Assembly (NCBI RefSeq): GCF_009914755.1
Contig: NC_060938.1
DNA from: the human T2T-CHM13v2.0 reference genome, Homo sapiens
Direction: 5' to 3' (one strand)
Length of the DNA stretch: 64,000 bases
Position 1 is the stretch's first letter; the number at the start of each line of letters is the position of its first letter. Position numbers and translations under genes: made by a program. The notes under the pieces were generated by a model that did not search any database, was not told where the DNA came from, and saw only the letters and a program-made list of their open reading frames with translations. This document shows, one piece after another, positions 62,230 through 64,000 of this stretch.

Positions 62230-63205
62230 TTTAGTAGTGTAGGTCTAAAACTCAGACTGTATGGGCATTGCTTGGCACATGTTGATGTTTTGAGGTGGGG
62301 TCAGGTGCCTATAGGCCTGCCCAGCCTACTACCTGTTTTTTTGTATAACCTGGGAGTTAAGAATGGTTTTTATATTTTTAAAACATTGATTAAAAAATAA
62401 AAGAATAAGGGTGTTAGTTTCCTAGGCCCACCTGTAACAAAGTACCACAAATTACATGACTTAAAACAACAGAAATTTACTCTCTTACAGTTCTGGGAAC
62501 TAGAAATCCAAAATAGAGTTAGCAACAAGGTGATGATTTCCTGGAGATTCTAGATAGAATCCTTCTTTGACTTTTTCTAGTTTCTGGAGGTGGCAATCAG
62601 TCCTTGGCTTGTGGCTGCATTGCTCCAATCTTGGCTTCCACTCACAGAACGGACTCCTCTCTGTGTCCATGTCTTTGCATGACATTTTTCTCTCATAAGG
62701 GCACCATTTGGTTGTGTATGAAGGCTCATGCCTGTAATTGCAGCACTTTAGGAGGCGGAGGAAGAAGGATCACTTGAGCCCAGGAATTCAAGACTGGCCT
62801 GGGTAACATAGCAAGACCTCATTTCTAAAAAAAAAAGTAAAAAGGATACCAGTCATATTGGATTAGGGCCACCCTAATGACTTCAACTTAATTTGATTAT
62901 CTGCAGAGACCTCATTTCCAAATAAGGTCACAATCACAGATATAGGAGGTTAGAAGTAAAACATATCTTTTTGAGAGCACAATTCCACTTATAATGATAA
63001 TAATATTTTGTGACACATGAAATTCATATAAGATTAAAATTCCAGTGTCCAAAAATAAAGTTATACTTGCCATGCATATTCATTTAAATATTATCTACAC
63101 CTGTTGCTACAACAGCAGAGTTGAGTAGTTGCTATACGAATGAATGGACTGCAAAACTTGAAATATTTTCTATGTGGTCCTTTATAGCAAAAGCTTGCTG
63201 ACACC
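62230..63205. mobile_element. MER58B-like hAT fossil, split by an MLT1 LTR
   Basis: gttaagaatggtttttatatttttaaa...ttgtgacacatgaaatt...agcagagttgagtagttgc...tggtcctttatagcaaaagcttgctga. Confidence 0.7.
62411..62995 (-). mobile_element. MLT1 (B/C-type) LTR containing an Alu monomer (+, about 62709-62840)
   Basis: gttagtttcctagg...tgtaacaaagtaccacaa...ttaaaacaacagaaattta...ccaaataaggtcaca. Confidence 0.8.
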
Positions 63206-63729
63206 CATTCAATGTGACTGGTTTTGCAAGGATTGGAAAACATGCAAATTGGATTCAGCTGCTGCTACTGGAAGGCCTTGATACTCTCAGATGAAGAAGA
63301 CCTATTATTGTGTGATGCCCAGAGGGACATGGAACAGAGAAGTCCACAGGAAGCAAATGAGAAGGGGGAAGTTCCTTTATTCTCCTTCTGTCTTTTAGTT
63401 TCCCTATGTTGGTGGAGCTTAAGAGGGAAAGCCTAAGTTGGGAAAATAGAAGTGTGGTTTGTGAAGTCTCAGTTCCAGAAACATAAGGCAGAGAGAAGAG
63501 TAGCTTTGGAATTGGTAGATAATAATTTGTACATACACACACATGCACATCCAGCAAGGAAAAAATATGCATAGCTACTATAATCCTCATTTCCGTAACA
63601 ACTCGAGGTCATAGTTTATATTATTCTTCTAGAAGTATTTTATGTAAAATAAACATATTTATATAGGTATAAAATTAAAATTACACACACATATATATAA
63701 GTATATATATATATATATAAAACCAAACA

Positions 63730-64000
63730 ATCATTTTGAGATGACTGTAGATTTACCCACAGTTCTAAGAAATAATATAGAGAAATCCCATATACCCTTA
63801 CTTACTTTCCTCCAATGCTAATATCTTACAGAACTTTAGTACAGTATTACAACTAAGATATTGACATTGATACAGTCAAGATGAAGAGAATTTTCATCAC
63901 AAAGATTCTTGTAGCATTCTTTTATAGTATTCTTCCTTCTTTCTCACCCATTCCCAACCTCATTCTTAGCCTCGGGAAATCACCAACCTGTTCTCCATTT
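63730..64000 (-). mobile_element. L1MC-type 3' end (runs off the window)
   Basis: gtagatttacccacagttctaagaaataata...atattgacattgatacagtcaagat. Confidence 0.7.

Overview
Repeat-rich, CpG-poor primate genomic DNA, almost certainly human because it carries a consensus-like AluYa5 at 41139. It looks intronic or intergenic. I recognise no cellular protein-coding gene or RNA gene; the only protein-like ORFs are LINE-1 ORF1/ORF2 remnants. Content: about 17 Alus, three L1PA7-like elements, one L1PA12/13-like element, older L1M/L2/MIR fragments, several solo LTRs (MER34-group, LTR33, MLT1) and hAT DNA transposon fossils (MER5, Charlie7-like, MER58). Subfamily names come from remembered consensus diagnostics and boundaries are approximate. 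Most notable structures: (1) 46.1-47.2 kb, an AT-rich tract holding a ~190-bp, ~94% identical inverted copy of its downstream flank, a 65-bp copy of sequence 1.5 kb away, and a perfect 40-bp palindrome; (2) 31.5-33.0 kb, one TSD-flanked insertion made of an L1 3' end plus a transduced MER4-type LTR that is internally inverted and polyadenylated at the LTR signal; (3) two promoter-bearing L1PA7s with multi-kb internal deletions, one leaving an open coiled-coil-only ORF1p; (4) an Alu with an internal micro-inversion; (5) a ~100-bp duplicated GC-box module at 34.8/35.3 kb; (6) a CpG-retaining CTCF/E-box element at 49.1-49.3 kb.
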